The position numbers were made by a program, and so were the translations under genes. The notes below the pieces were generated by a model. That model was not told the origin of the DNA and searched no databases. It saw nothing but the letters and a program-made list of their open reading frames with translations. Of a stretch of DNA of 24,000 bases, positions 6,906 through 14,931 are shown one piece after another. The DNA lies in NCBI GenBank assembly GCA_028282005.1, contig JANQIV010000107.1, positions 1 through 24,000 on the forward strand, written 5' to 3'. This DNA comes from Melioribacteraceae bacterium. GTDB taxonomy: Bacteria > Bacteroidota > Ignavibacteria > Ignavibacteriales > Melioribacteraceae. Positions within the stretch are counted from its first letter, which is position 1; every line of letters begins with the position of its first letter.

Positions 6906-7649
6906 ATGTCAAACTATGTAATTGGTGGATGGTCACAAAGAGTTAGCGATTTACCACCTTCAGAATTTTCTTACACTATGTACGGAATGATTACGAACCT
7001 ACAAGGACTCACCTCAGGTACTCTGGCAAGTCCAGGATGGAGTGTAGAAAGAACTCAGGCGCCTTCAGTTGGCGGAAGTGTGCTTTGGACATACGGCGGT
7101 GGCGGATGCACGCCAACTGCAATGCCAAGTAGTCAATCAGACATTGATAATATTGTAAATTCTGCAAAATCTAATGGTTGGGATGGTGTTGATTTTGACG
7201 ATGAATGTAGTATGAATACAGCGAATATTGTTAAAACAATGCAAGAACTTAAATCTTCTTCAAAGCAAACTGGCTATACTTTTATCGCCGGCTGGGCATT
7301 CAATAATCCGAATGCATCATCTTCCGGGAGAGCAATTAACTATGCAGTTCAAGAAATTGCCAATAGTGCTTCATGTGATCGATTTATTTTAATGTGTTAT
7401 GCTTCGGCTATGTGGAGTATGACAGATATTGTAGCAAATGTTGGTTCGGCAATAGATAGAACTATAAACTATGTTGGAAACAGAAAAAAAGTTATTCTTG
7501 CTTTAACACCAATAGGATTAAACGGCGAAAATCTTGATTATTTTCTAAATGAAGTAATATCCAAAGATATTGGTGGACTATTTATATGGAACTTTCCAAA
7601 GCTGCTACAAAGTGATTTAAGTAAAATAATAAATATGTTAGATATTTAA
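6906..7649 (+). CDS. Minimal GH18-like (chitinase / endo-beta-N-acetylglucosaminidase-like) TIM-barrel protein, no signal peptide
   Basis: 247 aa. Landmarks appear in GH18 order: VIGGWS (beta1), WTYGGGG (beta3), a complete DxxDxDxE motif DGVDFDDE at 7182..7205 (beta4), ILMCYAS (beta6) and GGLFIWNF (beta8). SD GGGAG 8 nt upstream. Confidence 0.55.
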   Translation: MSNYVIGGWSQRVSDLPPSEFSYTMYGMITNLQGLTSGTLASPGWSVERTQAPSVGGSVLWTYGGGGCTPTAMPSSQSDIDNIVNSAKSNGWDGVDFDDECSMNTANIVKTMQELKSSSKQTGYTFIAGWAFNNPNASSSGRAINYAVQEIANSASCDRFILMCYASAMWSMTDIVANVGSAIDRTINYVGNRKKVILALTPIGLNGENLDYFLNEVISKDIGGLFIWNFPKLLQSDLSKIINMLDI

Positions 7650-7810
7650 TTTTTTGGTTGCTTTTTATTTTTTATTCAAGCATTTTAGATTAGTTAAAGC
7701 ATTTATTTTTTCTTCTTAATGAATTATTATTATTTTTTTTTTAAATAAAATTCAATTTTTTATTAACTTAATATGGTAGAATTCTTACTAACCCTTCAAA
7801 GGTAAAAATA

Positions 7811-8227
7811 ATGTCAAAACTTACCATATTTATATTTATAATAGCATTAATTCTTACTGTTAATATTAATGGACAATCAAAGAAAAATACTGCGTCCATT
7901 AGAAAAAACAAGCTTACCAAAATAGTTAATAAAGCCGAAACACAGCATATCATGTTCAATATTAAAAAAGGAAGACTCTATATCCTTGATGGAATGAGAA
8001 ACCCCCTTTATCCCAAAAGACAAAAAGTAAAAGACCGAGAAGTTTTTACTGTATATACAATTAATGATGTATTAAACAAAATAGAACAAGCACAAACCAA
8101 AAGAATGAAGTTTGTTAAAGATGAATTTACAGGATTAGTAAAATTTGATAATAACACTGGTATTTCATCTTTTAGATTATTAGAAGCTTCAGGTTGGGCT
8201 TGTCCTCCGGGATGTCCAAATAACTAA
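7811..8227 (+). CDS. Small secreted protein of unknown function with C-terminal CPPGCP motif
   Basis: 138 aa. N-terminal signal peptide (MSKLTIFIFIIALILTVNINGQS), a basic mature part, and a C-terminus GWACPPGCPNN. Its stop is 1 nt before the next ATG. No family recognised. Confidence 0.5.
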   Translation: MSKLTIFIFIIALILTVNINGQSKKNTASIRKNKLTKIVNKAETQHIMFNIKKGRLYILDGMRNPLYPKRQKVKDREVFTVYTINDVLNKIEQAQTKRMKFVKDEFTGLVKFDNNTGISSFRLLEASGWACPPGCPNN

Positions 8228-8228
8228 T

Positions 8229-8801
8229 ATGGATAATGAATTAAAAATAATTGGCTATTTAGCTACATTCATCTGGATTTTGCCAATAATCAAACAGTAT
8301 AAAACAAAGTTATCACGATTTTTTATGATGCTGGGCATTAAAGATTTAGTTTCAATAATTTTTTTCTACACCGTAGCTCCCAATACATATTTAACAAACA
8401 TATCTTTTACTTATTTTGCTTTTTTAACATTCTTTGACAAATCTATTTTAATAAAACGTTGGTATTATTTTGCAGTAATTTATTTACTGATTTTTTTAGG
8501 TTGGTTAATTTCACCGAATTGGGAAAACCATGCGCTATTACTTTGTTTGTTTCAAGTATTTCTAATTTTTGCAATTATTCATTATTTCATTGCTGATTTG
8601 GTTTACGGCAAATTTAATATCCCAACATTTATCCTTATCGCAAATATGTTCATATTATTCTCGAACGTTGTAATAATATTAGTGTTCGATTATGCAGAAA
8701 TATATAGGTTTTATTTTTTCACCTTTTTCGTGGAAATCTTTATAGCATTATTTTTTGTACTATTTAGAGTTGACGATGATAGACTTGCTATTCAATTATA
8801 G
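8229..8801 (+). CDS. Polytopic membrane protein (about 6 TM), possibly the detached sensor domain of the downstream histidine kinase
   Basis: 190 aa and almost entirely hydrophobic helices. Its 3' end overlaps the kinase ORF in another frame, starting at a T6 run (8751..8756). Confidence 0.5.
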   Translation: MDNELKIIGYLATFIWILPIIKQYKTKLSRFFMMLGIKDLVSIIFFYTVAPNTYLTNISFTYFAFLTFFDKSILIKRWYYFAVIYLLIFLGWLISPNWENHALLLCLFQVFLIFAIIHYFIADLVYGKFNIPTFILIANMFILFSNVVIILVFDYAEIYRFYFFTFFVEIFIALFFVLFRVDDDRLAIQL

Positions 8802-9588
8802 AAGTCCTTTACTATGGGGACTAATAGGATCACTAGTATTTTTTGTTATTATTTTATTAGTGATTAAGTTTTATATTGTTCCGTTTACTCGGAAAATGCT
8901 TAAGCTTCAAGACGATTTAAAATCCAAAGAAGTTGAGCATGAACTATTAACTCAAAAAGTAAGAACATCAGTATTTTTAGAAACTAGTGAAAAAGAAAGG
9001 AAAAGAATTTCAAAATTACTTCACGATCAGTTGCTGCCTGTTTTATATTCATCGAAATTTGCTATTGAAAGTGCAGTAGCAAAAGATGTGGCTGACAAAG
9101 GAATTTTAAATGAAACTATTTCTAATCTTGCTAATGCCAGCAATGACCTAAAAAGTATAATTTACGAGCTAACTCCAGTTGAACTTGATGTTGTTGATCT
9201 GAAACAAGCTCTAAGTAATTTAATAAGTACTTATAATGAGCAGCACGGATTGAATATTAATGTTGACGAATTTATTATTCCAACTGATTTAGATAAAAAT
9301 GCCTCCTTATTAATATATAGAATCCTTAAAGAACTTCTACTCAATGTTAAGAAACACGCTAATGCCGAAACTACTGAAGTTAAAATTAATCAATCAAATA
9401 ACAAGGTGTTGATTGGTGTGGAAGATGATGGATCTGGGTTTGACTATAATTCTTATGAAACGGGCAAATCACATTTCGGATACGGATTAAGCCATTTGTT
9501 CGAAAGTATCGAACAACTTAAAGGGAAAATTAATATAACCTCGGCAAAAAACGAGGGCACCAAAGTTTATGTTGAAATTCCCGTATAA
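8755..9588 (+). CDS. Sensor histidine kinase, HisKA_3 (NarX/DesK/LiaS-type) dimerisation domain plus HATPase_c
   Basis: One N-terminal TM helix, a coiled coil, and an H-box ISKLLHDQLLPVL. N-box LLLNVKKHANA, G1 VEDDGSGFD and G2 GYGLSHL follow. The track start at 8755 is TTG; ATG at 8776 (MIDLLFNY) is the more likely start if the gene is independent. No response regulator is in the window. Confidence 0.85.
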   Translation: MYYLELTMIDLLFNYRSPLLWGLIGSLVFFVIILLVIKFYIVPFTRKMLKLQDDLKSKEVEHELLTQKVRTSVFLETSEKERKRISKLLHDQLLPVLYSSKFAIESAVAKDVADKGILNETISNLANASNDLKSIIYELTPVELDVVDLKQALSNLISTYNEQHGLNINVDEFIIPTDLDKNASLLIYRILKELLLNVKKHANAETTEVKINQSNNKVLIGVEDDGSGFDYNSYETGKSHFGYGLSHLFESIEQLKGKINITSAKNEGTKVYVEIPV

Positions 9589-9695
9589 TAATAATTAGTA
9601 CTTTCTATTTTTTTCTGTTCCATTCCTTTTTGGTCTTCTCATTCAAAGGATTGTTTTAATTAATATTTTCATCAATAACATAGGATAATGTATGA

Positions 9696-12674
9696 ATGAA
9701 ATTATTTAAAATTTCTTTTTTGTATATACTTTTATTTTTTACTCTCCTTTTCTCTTTTCTATTTTTAGATGGAAGTTCAAAAAAGCAAATCGCCTTTTCC
9801 AAAAATACTTTTAGCGATTATCCTATTAAAAATTCTAAAGTTAGTACTCTTCCCTTGCCAACTTCTTTACCATTAGCAGAATATGAAGAACAGCTTTATG
9901 CGTTTATTTTTAACCGTGATTACGATACAAAACTAAACTGGAATGTAGATAAATATATTCGTGACACAGGCCCTTGGGTAAATGGTAAATATTACGGTAC
10001 ACACCCGGCGGTTAGAATTTTCTATTCACCTGAAGTTATGTATTGGCTTACAGGCGATGCAAGTTACTGGCCTCAAGGCAATGTTCAAGATACAGATCCT
10101 CGTACCGGCGATATAGCAGACGGTGCAATAATTGTGAAAGAAATGTTTACTGCCCCAGCAGTTAGGTGGGAAGGCAAAACCGAAAAAGAAATTGTTGCTT
10201 CTCTACATGAAAAAAGCTCCCCCGGTTGGACAGTAATGGTAAAAGATTCAAAAGGATCAAGAGACGGCTGGTTTTGGGCAAGTGTATTTGTAAACGCCAG
10301 TTTATTACCAAAAGTTGTTACTTACGAACCACCTGATTCAGGAAAATATAATTTAGCTTACCCAAACTCTGGTTTCGGGCAAGGCTGTTTAAGATGCCAT
10401 GCTTCAGCAGAAAAAGAATTTACTTTTTCAGCAATTAGAAATATTAAAGGATTTTCCGGTGATCCGGTTACATTTTTTGTTGATGATTCATGGCGGGATT
10501 TACCGGCAGCAGAGTTGCCTTATGTAAGCGAACATCAAGTTTATATGGCCGATGAAGAAAGCGTAACCTTGCCGACTCCGGATTTAAACGAAGAGTTTAT
10601 TCAAGTTTTCAATATGATGCAACCGGTTGCATTACACGATGTTCAGAAATTCCCTTCCGAAAGTTGGGATCGGGTTGTTGCCGGTCCGGATGGTGCAGAA
10701 CAATTTATTACTTCTGATCAGTGTATGATGTGCCATAGTGGTGGTGCAAACTATTACGGCGGATACGGAAATGTTATGTTTTTACAAACAGGGCCAAATG
10801 AAGGTGACGGATTGAATGTATCACCATACGGTGAATGGCGTTGGTCACCGATGGGTTTAGCCGGACGGGATCCCATTTTCCATGCCCAGCTTGAAAGCGA
10901 AATTTCTATTCTTAAAAAAGAATTTCCGGATTCAACTGCTGAGTTTTTTGGTCATCAAACTGTAAATACTTGCTTACTTTGTCATGGGGCAATGGGTAAA
11001 AGACAATATGATATTCACCAAGGCGTTGGCGATGAATATTGGCGCGAAGAAGCTACATTTAAAAGGGAATGGTTTTTCTTAACTGGTGAAAATGATCCGC
11101 TTGATACAACAGTTGCAAAATTTGGAGGTCTTGGCAGAGACGGAATAAGCTGCGCAGTGTGCCATCATATTGAACAGGAGTACGAAGATTTTACAGACTT
11201 TATCGAAAATAATATTACCGGCCAATTTAAAATGGGTCCGGCTGATTTAATTTACGGTCCATTTCCTGATAGTACAATTGCACCTTACGCAATGGAAAAT
11301 ACATTTAAAATTGGGCCTAAACATAATGAATATATTAAAAGCTCAAGACTTTGCGGTAGCTGCCACACAATTAATTTACCGGTTGTTGATTATCCTTTAG
11401 ACAATCCACCTGATCTTCCTGTAAAAGTTACACCTGACCTTGAGTTAAATAAACCTGATAAAAATCCGAACTTTGCTCCCTTTATGCATAAAATTGAACA
11501 GGCCACTTATTTGGAATGGCTTAACAGCAGATTCCAAAATGAATTTCCGGAAACAACAAAAAAAGGCTGGAAAAGCTGCCAGGATTGCCATATGCCCGGT
11601 GGATATGTTGCCTCAGATAGCTCAATTGTAATCGATACACTGAAAACAAAGATCGCATATATTGAAGATCAATCTTACCCCGAGGCTGACAATAGAGCCG
11701 ATCTTGAATTAATTACAGTTCGATTTAGAGAAGAAGGATATTCCCGTCACAGATTACAAGGATTGAATATTTTCCTTGCTGAGATGTTCCAACAATTTAA
11801 TGACATTCTTGGAGTTAGGCTAACTGACTACGAAACTGGAACAAAAGGCTTGGATTTTGCTATTGATAATTTTGTTCAGCAAGCAAAGCAAAGAACTGCT
11901 ACTCTGAGAATAAATAATTTTACAATTGAAAATAATGAGTTATCTGCTGATGTAAAAATAACAAATCTTACAGGCCACCGTTATCCAAGTGGTGTTGGAT
12001 TCCGCCGCGCGTTTGTTGAGTTTTTAGTAATTGATAACTCGTCCGGCCGTAAGCAAATTTTATGGGGCAGCGGTAGGACAAACGGAGTAGGTGTAATTGT
12101 GGATAGTGTTGGTAATATTCTTCCAACTGAATTCTTAACAGAATACGTTGAAAACGGTGATACTCTTCAACATTACCAGCCGCACTGGCAGACAATCACT
12201 TCCCAAAGCCAAGTTCAGATTTATGAAGAGTTATCAAAGAATGCTAAAGCAAGATTTACTACCAGCTTCACTCACCGTGACTATGAAATGAAAGATAACA
12301 GGCTTGTTGCCGAAGGTTGGACTAAAGAAGGTCCAAGTGATAAAATTCCTCAAGCATTTTTGGAAGCTACTTATCCAGGACACGTAGCAATGAAAGACCC
12401 AAATTATACTGACGGCAGCGGCTGCGATATAGTAACATATAAAGTAGCATTACCTGCTGGAACTAATTCCGCAAATATATCAGTTAAGGCTACACTTTAT
12501 ACACAAGAATGGGCTCCATATTACTTAATGCAGCGTTTTTCAAATGTACCTGAAGGTCCGGAAGGTAATGCGCGAAGAAGGTTGTATTACTTAGCTTCAA
12601 ACTTACAAACAGAAAACACTGCAATTGAAGATTGGAAACTACCAATTGCGAGTTATGAAGCAAAACTAAAATAA
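9696..12674 (+). CDS. Exported or membrane-anchored multihaem c-type cytochrome (six CXXCH) with N-terminal cytochrome-P460-like module and large haem-free C-terminal domain
   Basis: 992 aa with an N-terminal signal/anchor. CXXCH sites: CLRCH 10386..10400, CMMCH 10722..10736, CLLCH 10971..10985, CAVCH 11151..11165, CGSCH 11352..11366 and CQDCH 11577..11591. The N-terminal segment (THPAVRIFY...GAIIVKEMF...GWTVMVKDSKGSRDGWFWA...GCLRCHA) follows the pattern I associate with the cytochrome P460 fold. The last ~360 aa have no haem motif. Confidence 0.85.
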   Translation: MKLFKISFLYILLFFTLLFSFLFLDGSSKKQIAFSKNTFSDYPIKNSKVSTLPLPTSLPLAEYEEQLYAFIFNRDYDTKLNWNVDKYIRDTGPWVNGKYYGTHPAVRIFYSPEVMYWLTGDASYWPQGNVQDTDPRTGDIADGAIIVKEMFTAPAVRWEGKTEKEIVASLHEKSSPGWTVMVKDSKGSRDGWFWASVFVNASLLPKVVTYEPPDSGKYNLAYPNSGFGQGCLRCHASAEKEFTFSAIRNIKGFSGDPVTFFVDDSWRDLPAAELPYVSEHQVYMADEESVTLPTPDLNEEFIQVFNMMQPVALHDVQKFPSESWDRVVAGPDGAEQFITSDQCMMCHSGGANYYGGYGNVMFLQTGPNEGDGLNVSPYGEWRWSPMGLAGRDPIFHAQLESEISILKKEFPDSTAEFFGHQTVNTCLLCHGAMGKRQYDIHQGVGDEYWREEATFKREWFFLTGENDPLDTTVAKFGGLGRDGISCAVCHHIEQEYEDFTDFIENNITGQFKMGPADLIYGPFPDSTIAPYAMENTFKIGPKHNEYIKSSRLCGSCHTINLPVVDYPLDNPPDLPVKVTPDLELNKPDKNPNFAPFMHKIEQATYLEWLNSRFQNEFPETTKKGWKSCQDCHMPGGYVASDSSIVIDTLKTKIAYIEDQSYPEADNRADLELITVRFREEGYSRHRLQGLNIFLAEMFQQFNDILGVRLTDYETGTKGLDFAIDNFVQQAKQRTATLRINNFTIENNELSADVKITNLTGHRYPSGVGFRRAFVEFLVIDNSSGRKQILWGSGRTNGVGVIVDSVGNILPTEFLTEYVENGDTLQHYQPHWQTITSQSQVQIYEELSKNAKARFTTSFTHRDYEMKDNRLVAEGWTKEGPSDKIPQAFLEATYPGHVAMKDPNYTDGSGCDIVTYKVALPAGTNSANISVKATLYTQEWAPYYLMQRFSNVPEGPEGNARRRLYYLASNLQTENTAIEDWKLPIASYEAKLK

Positions 12675-12681
12675 ATACTCT

Positions 12682-12714
12682 GAGGTTCTATCTTCTTAAT
12701 GAGGATAGAATCTC
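12682..12714. terminator. Hairpin between convergent genes (possible bidirectional terminator)
   Basis: GAGGTTCTATCTTC-TTAAT-GAGGATAGAATCTC. This is a 14 bp stem that is fully paired on the plus-strand RNA, with two G.U pairs. It sits 8 nt after the cytochrome stop and 6 nt after the cupin stop. There is no clear U-tract on the plus side; there is a T-rich tract on the minus side, where the two G.U pairs would be A.C mismatches. Confidence 0.45.
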
Positions 12715-12719
12715 AAATA

Positions 12720-13238
12720 CTATTTTATAAATTTAAGACCGTATTTTCCGGCAATCTGTTCAACCTTCTTTCTATCAAGAGGTTTGTCTTTTGGAAGTTG
12801 ATCAATTTCTTCGAAGAAGTTTTCAAATCCGCCAGGAGTAATCGTATTAATTAATTGCCCGTAAGTTTCTCCAACATTTTTGAATCCGTGCGGGATGTTT
12901 CTCGGTAAAACAACCAATGCTCCTTCTGTTGCGTCGATGGTTGAATCACCGCAATAAAACTCATAATTACCTTTCAGCACATAAAACATTTCATCTTCGG
13001 TAGCATGGATATGCTTTGGTGGACCGCCGTTGGGAGGAGTGTTACTGATTATAACAGAATATTGTCCGTTAGTTTGCTCACTAAAAATTTTACCGACTAT
13101 CTTCAGTCCGAAAATATTCCAGGTTTTACCTGCATCGCTGCCAACAAAAATTGGTTCGTTGTTTTCTTGCGAAATTATGACTGTAGAAAAGAATGCAAAA
13201 AGAAGAAACGTAATTTCTAGAATTTTAATTTTGCTCAC
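12720..13238 (-). CDS. Secreted cupin-domain protein
   Basis: 172 aa with a GTG start and signal peptide (ILEITFLLFAFFSTVIISQE). The cupin_2 core is PPKHIHATEDEMFYVLKGNYEF...VVLPRNIPHGFKN. Confidence 0.75.
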   Translation of the reverse strand: MSKIKILEITFLLFAFFSTVIISQENNEPIFVGSDAGKTWNIFGLKIVGKIFSEQTNGQYSVIISNTPPNGGPPKHIHATEDEMFYVLKGNYEFYCGDSTIDATEGALVVLPRNIPHGFKNVGETYGQLINTITPGGFENFFEEIDQLPKDKPLDRKKVEQIAGKYGLKFIK

Positions 13239-13269
13239 TTAGAAACTCTGAAATTGTTTAGAAAATTTT

Positions 13270-13640
13270 CAATGGATATCTTGCCTTTCAAAATACCAAT
13301 AAACCTATCAAATAAAAATTAAGTTTATGTGATTTTTGAAGGACTTCCTTTTGAGTGATGTGAAATATAATCTTCCCATACAGCCGCTGTCAACTTTATC
13401 TGAGATTGCCTGGAAAATAAGTTTAACATGTTCCCAAGAGGCTTTTTTGATTGACTTACAAATTCTTCTATTGAACGAGTTACAATAATTTTTCCCCTTT
13501 TCCTCTTCTATTCACAAAATCATCAACTTTTTGAACTGTCTCATTATAGACAGCTACCGTATAACCATGACTTTCCATATTCAATATTAGGGTTGCACCC
13601 ATTACTACAATCCAACTAAACCTATGTCAACTTTACTCAT
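13270..13640 (-). pseudogene. gnd: Frameshifted and truncated remnant of NADP-dependent 6-phosphogluconate dehydrogenase
   Basis: ATG at 13640 lies 3 nt after the upstream stop. Translation gives MSKVDIGLVGL, then stops. One frame over it reads VVMGATLILNMESHGYTVAVYNETVQKVDDFVNRRGKGEK, then stops. A further frame shift gives IIVTRSIEEFVSQSKKP.... These pieces are colinear with E. coli Gnd [61 protein letters not shown]. Only about the first quarter of the gene is present, and the lower boundary is approximate. Confidence 0.7.
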
Positions 13641-13643
13641 TAA

Positions 13644-14915
13644 TTACTCCATAAATTTTTCTTTATGCGCCCATAAACCAAGCGCAGGATTTGAGATGTA
13701 AAATACTTCCTCCCCATCAACAACATTAAAACCATCTTTCATTTTATCCGGATCATATTTTTTAATTATGTCGTGTAATGATGCGTAACAAAAATTGACA
13801 CTTTCGATTTCCTCTTTTAAAATATTGCCTGGGCAGTAAGTTATTTTAAACCTCTCTTCAGATGATCCGTGAATTAAATGTGCTGCAGCGCTTAAGTTGT
13901 TTTTTAAGTCATCATTTTCATCAACATACTTTAACACTTCCGGAGTTGTCATATAACCATATTTTCTAATCAGTGTATCAATCTCTTTGTCTTCACCGAA
14001 TTCTCTTAAACCCGGAGCTAACACTAATAATTCTCCACCGTCGTCAATCGCCATCCTTGTTCTGTAAATACTTTTATTGCCAAGCCAAGTGCTTTTAAAT
14101 TCTTCCGGATCGAGATATACAACAACTTTTTTAAGCGGTTTGTCGAGTATTTCAAAATTTATTTGAAGAGATAAATCCGCTGCGAGTTTGAAACATTCGT
14201 AATCATCACCAATAAACAAACCTCGAATAACAAGATTGTTGTTTTCATCTTTACCGATAACTGTTTGGATATAAACAATCGGCAGATGTGTTGCAAAATG
14301 TTCAGATGCATAGTTCAATACTCTTCGCACAGGTGTATCAGCCCTGCCCATTATTCTTTCCATTCCGTAAGTAGCCCCAAGGAAATGGCTTTTGTTTATA
14401 CCTTCTCTCCCTCCGGTTCCGACAAATATATTTTTATTATAGTTAGCCATGCCGATAACTTCATGCGGTACGACCTGTCCGATTGAAACAATCAAGTCAA
14501 AATTATCATTAACCAACAATTTATTTACTTGGGCAGGCCAATCGTAGTTTACTCTTCCTTCAGATACCTCACTTACAAAATCACCCGGTACAATTCCCAA
14601 TGTTGTTAAATCTTTCTTCCATTTATGTACTCTAAAAAGATCTTTCGGAACGCTTCCAAACATTTTAGAAATTTCTTCATCCGTCATCTCAAAGTGAGTA
14701 CCCAGAGCAGGGAGAATATCTGTTAATTTATCACCGTAAAATTTATATATTACTTTAGTAATCTCGCCAGCCCTTGAATGAAAGCGGGTATAGTCCGGAG
14801 GAATCGCTAATACTTTTTTCTTAATACCAATTTTTTCAAAAGTGGTTAGTAAAGCTTCCTGTAAAGTTCGAGAATCAATTAGTTCGTTTTCTGAACCTTG
14901 AGCAAAGTATATCAT
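13644..14915 (-). CDS. LarA_N/DUF2088-like protein (lactate-racemase-superfamily alpha-hydroxyacid racemase/epimerase homologue)
   Basis: 423 aa. It is colinear with the LarA N-terminal domain: KVLAIPPDYTRFHS (cf. SDHTRP), ILPALGTHFEMTDEE (cf. A.G.H...T..E), and IGQVVPHEVIGMANYNKNIFVGTGG..INKSH (cf. E.HFFAGFSGGRKS..PG....H). The assignment is by pattern and was not searched. Confidence 0.55.
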   Translation of the reverse strand: MIYFAQGSENELIDSRTLQEALLTTFEKIGIKKKVLAIPPDYTRFHSRAGEITKVIYKFYGDKLTDILPALGTHFEMTDEEISKMFGSVPKDLFRVHKWKKDLTTLGIVPGDFVSEVSEGRVNYDWPAQVNKLLVNDNFDLIVSIGQVVPHEVIGMANYNKNIFVGTGGREGINKSHFLGATYGMERIMGRADTPVRRVLNYASEHFATHLPIVYIQTVIGKDENNNLVIRGLFIGDDYECFKLAADLSLQINFEILDKPLKKVVVYLDPEEFKSTWLGNKSIYRTRMAIDDGGELLVLAPGLREFGEDKEIDTLIRKYGYMTTPEVLKYVDENDDLKNNLSAAAHLIHGSSEERFKITYCPGNILKEEIESVNFCYASLHDIIKKYDPDKMKDGFNVVDGEEVFYISNPALGLWAHKEKFME

Positions 14916-14931
14916 TTTATGTCTTTCCTTA

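Noticed and set aside
7768-7959. 63-aa minus-strand ORF overlapping the start of the 7811..8227 gene
   Set aside because: It is antisense to an ORF with a good signal peptide, has no SD, and starts inside an AT-rich spacer.
11968-12195. 75-aa minus-strand ORF inside the multihaem cytochrome gene
   Set aside because: Antisense shadow within a 992-codon open frame that carries six CXXCH motifs.
13005-13242. Plus-strand ORFs 13005..13220 and 13030..13242
   Set aside because: Antisense to the cupin gene, which has clear cupin motifs and a signal peptide.
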